Assembly: GCA_002269645.1 (NCBI GenBank)
Contig: NIVC01001444.1
Location: 1-64,000 of the forward strand
Reading direction: 5' to 3'
DNA length: 64,000 nt
Origin: Macrostomum lignano
Lineage: Eukaryota
Shown here: in pieces, positions 61,901 to 64,000 of the stretch
Position numbering within the stretch: the stretch's first letter is position 1
Layout of the letters: each line of letters opens with the position of its first letter
Program-made: the position numbers and the translations under genes
Notes under the pieces: model-generated
Database searches by the model: none
The model's input: only the letters and a program-made list of their open reading frames with translations
Told to the model about the DNA's origin: nothing

Positions 61901-64000
61901 CTGTATGGGGCGTTGTAGTCTTCTTGGGGGAACAGATAAAACTCTTTGTGGACAACGTACATCCTAGACTGGGAAAGGCAGATAAAATGGTTTTAATTGT
62001 CTTGTGGGCAATGTACACTCTAGACTCTGGAATGCAGATATTGGCTTGTAGGCAATGTACACTCGAGACTGGTGGCAGATAAAATAGTTTTAATTGGCTT
62101 GTGGGCAATGTACACTCTAGACTGGGGAATGCAGATATTGGCTTGTAGGCAATGTACACTCGAGACTGGTGGCAGATAAAATAGTTTTAATTGGCTTGTG
62201 GGCAATGTACACTCTAGACTCTGGAATGCAGATATTGGCTTGTGGGCAATGTACACTCTAGACTCTGGAATGCAGATATTGGCTTGTGGGCAATGTACAC
62301 TCTAGACTCTGGAATGCAGATATTGGCTTGTAGGCAATTTACACTCGAGACTGGTGGCAGATAAAATAGTTTTAATTGGCTTGTGGGCAATGTACACTCT
62401 AGACTGGGGAATGCAGATATTGGCTTGTAGGCAATGTACACTCGAGACTGGTGGCAGATAAAATAGTTTTAATTGGCTTGTGAGCAATGTACACTCTAGA
62501 CTCTGGAATGCAGATATTGGCTTGTGGGCAATGTACACTCTAGACTGTGGAATGCAGATATTGGCTTGTGGGCAATGTCCACTCTAGACTGTGGAATGCA
62601 GATATTGGCTTGTGGGCAATGTACACTCTAGACTGTGGAATGCAGATATTGGCTTGTGGGCAATGTCCACTCTAGACTGTGGAATGCAGATATTGGCTTG
62701 TGGGCAATGTCCACTCTAGACTGTGGAATGCAGATATTGGCTTGTGGGCAATGTACACTCTAGACTGTGGAATGCAGATATTGGCTTGTGGGCAATGTCC
62801 ACTCTAGACTGAAGTAGCAAATAATATTGTTTTTATAAGATGTTTGAGTGTTGTAAATAACAGATGTCGTAATTTTAGGTAGGACTGCTGATTATAGTTG
62901 TTCAATATGATTTTAGGAGGTGCTTATTAAAAATTTCAAAAGGCTTCTAGTTTTTTAAATAAATATTCTAATTGACTCGAAAATAATTGTTTCATTCTTT
63001 GAAAAATCACACACAAAGCTGAGCCACAAGAGTCGCTGTCGCAGTCGCTGCTGCCACCGCGTCAGAGCAGCTTCAAATTTCGTCGCACGGCAAGTCTGGG
63101 TAGGTGTTCTTATTAGAACATTTTTGCCACTTAAATTCTCTCGAGGCGGCGCCAAGCCCACCTGGCAACAGACAGTCCTTGGGCGCTTTGATTTGTCCGC
63201 TTTCTCTGGTTTTTGCATTCATTGTCTAGAAATTTTGCATTAAAGTTTGGCTAAAAACTCACTGATTTGAACGGAACAGTAAAGCGAGATGTGCATGTTT
63301 TCGGGTGCAGTACAGTTTTTTTTCAATATTACAATGCAATAATTTGATAACATACGTTTTATTAATAGTAATTATGTAATTATGTTTATTAACATACTAA
63401 CTTATTTCCTATTGTGATTATCTATATCGCTTTTGCATGCGTATATTCAGACATGCTCCCGGCTTACCTTTGCCTTTTAATGGGTTTAATTACGCACTAA
63501 TTACAGTAATTTTTTTATTAAGTAGTATGTAAGGAACATTGACCCTATTTTGTAGTTTTTTCGCCACAAATCAATTTAATTTCTAAATTAAATACGGCTG
63601 TGCCGCTTCTTACCTCTCTACTAAAAATAGACCGTTTTGGTATTTTATTCTGTCCAATTTTTAATAACGCGCGCGCAAATTAAAATGAAAATTTGCAGCC
63701 ACCGCCAAACCTGCAGCTCAGGCGCGCAAAAAGATTCGAACCCGTGCCTCCACAATGGAAGCGGCCGACAGGCCTAGCAGTGAACTGATTGGTTAGTCCT
63801 AATCCTGTTATGCCTCTTTGCTCCTGTCGGTTTTGTGTAGCAAGACTTTTATTTTAAGTGTCGCCTTTTACCGCCAGATGGCCTCTTAGCCTCGGCTGAA
63901 ATCCAGTCTCCAGTTGATGGCGACTCGGCGGAGAGGCGAAACTCTCATCAGCATCAGCAGATGGAGCTGCGCGACCTGAATCAGGACAAGGGACGGCGGG
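52908..64000 (+). CDS. PIP5K1: Phosphatidylinositol-4-phosphate 5-kinase type I (3'-partial)
   Basis: Exons 52908-52997, 53496-53626, 54921-55251, 55835-55995, 56077-56233, (56822-56854 optional), 59701-59845, 60351-60474, 60571-60703, 61252-61342 and 63878->64000; phases consistent. Motifs: [101 protein letters not shown] and [15 protein letters not shown]. Confidence 0.95.
53213..53389 (-). mobile_element. Second tRNA-derived SINE family, copy 1
   Basis: Homologous to 57301-57522; minus-strand TAGCCCAGTG A-box-like and GGCTCGATTCC B-box-like motifs. Confidence 0.7.
53657..53855. repeat. ~22-bp minisatellite (GGGCGCCACTGTCTCTTGTTAG)n
   Basis: Direct inspection. Confidence 0.93.
54770..54872 (-). 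mobile_element. tRNA-like SINE head fragment
   Basis: Minus strand GTGGCTGTAGCCTAGTGGTTAGAGCG...GGTTCGATTCTC followed by CCTTGAGCAAG (start of the CORE-like region). Acceptor and anticodon stems do not pair, so it is not a tRNA. Confidence 0.7.
55330..55735. repeat. Purine-rich ~17-bp minisatellite (AGAGGGGAACAGGGRGY)n
   Basis: Direct inspection. Confidence 0.93.
56384..56700. repeat. 33-bp minisatellite (GGATTCACAAATGCCTAATGCTTCCCAATCACT)n
   Basis: Direct inspection. Confidence 0.95.
57301..57522 (-). mobile_element. Second tRNA-derived SINE family, copy 2
   Basis: Minus-strand head GGGTGCCTTAGCCCAGTGGTCTAGCGCG...GGCTCGATTTCC; body shared with 53213-53389. Confidence 0.7.
58223..59547. 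repeat. Pair of diverged direct repeats (58223-58483 and 59250-59547)
   Basis: Both run CATTCGCCGGAGCATTGCTCTTGTCCGAGTTTGTGCT...TTCTCAAAGCTGGTGT, with substitutions and indels. Confidence 0.8.
59978..60285. repeat. 29-bp minisatellite (CACTGTCTGAGTACACTACTCACAGCCAC)n
   Basis: Period 29 (60008, 60037). Confidence 0.93.
61945..62810. repeat. Compound minisatellite of 44-bp and ~53-bp related units
   Basis: Period 44 at 62521/62565; the longer GGTGGCAGATAAAATAGTTTTAA variant is interspersed in the left half. Confidence 0.93.

Noticed and set aside
26792-64000. Functional cluster of signalling genes (RalGAP-beta, G-alpha, PIP5K1)
   Set aside because: All act in membrane signalling, but adjacency of three genes in a eukaryote is not evidence of co-regulation, and the left part may be mis-assembled.

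Overview
Eukaryotic (metazoan) genomic DNA, not prokaryotic: GC-rich spliced exons separated by introns packed with mini/microsatellites. The architecture is reminiscent of the flatworm Macrostomum, but that is an unverified impression. Three recognisable genes lie on +: (1) the 3' part of a Ral GTPase-activating protein beta subunit (RALGAPB-like), present in a rearranged A-B-A' layout with a ~7.3 kb near-identical duplication (3666-11002 vs 14589 onward), no 5' exons and one apparent 1-nt frameshift; (2) a complete 9-exon, ~510-aa divergent Gs-like heterotrimeric G-protein alpha subunit (26792-40833) with large alphaG-alpha4 insertions and altered switch residues; (3) a type I PIP5-kinase (ATG 52908, running off the window end). 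Mobile DNA comprises a 5'-truncated LOA-like LINE with an intact ORF and 12-bp TSD inserted into a promoter-like region, a hAT-type MITE (14-bp TIR, 8-bp TSD), a Tc1/mariner-type MITE (112-bp TIR, TA TSD), and tRNA-derived SINEs including a CORE-like family with a head-to-head inverted pair. Most long ORFs in the supplied track are artefacts of tandem repeats. I found no CRISPR array, rRNA or genuine tRNA, and no clearly new multi-gene system. The best leads are the unusual G-alpha, the RALGAPB rearrangement and the LINE insertion upstream of PIP5K. All homology calls rest on recalled family motifs, not database searches.
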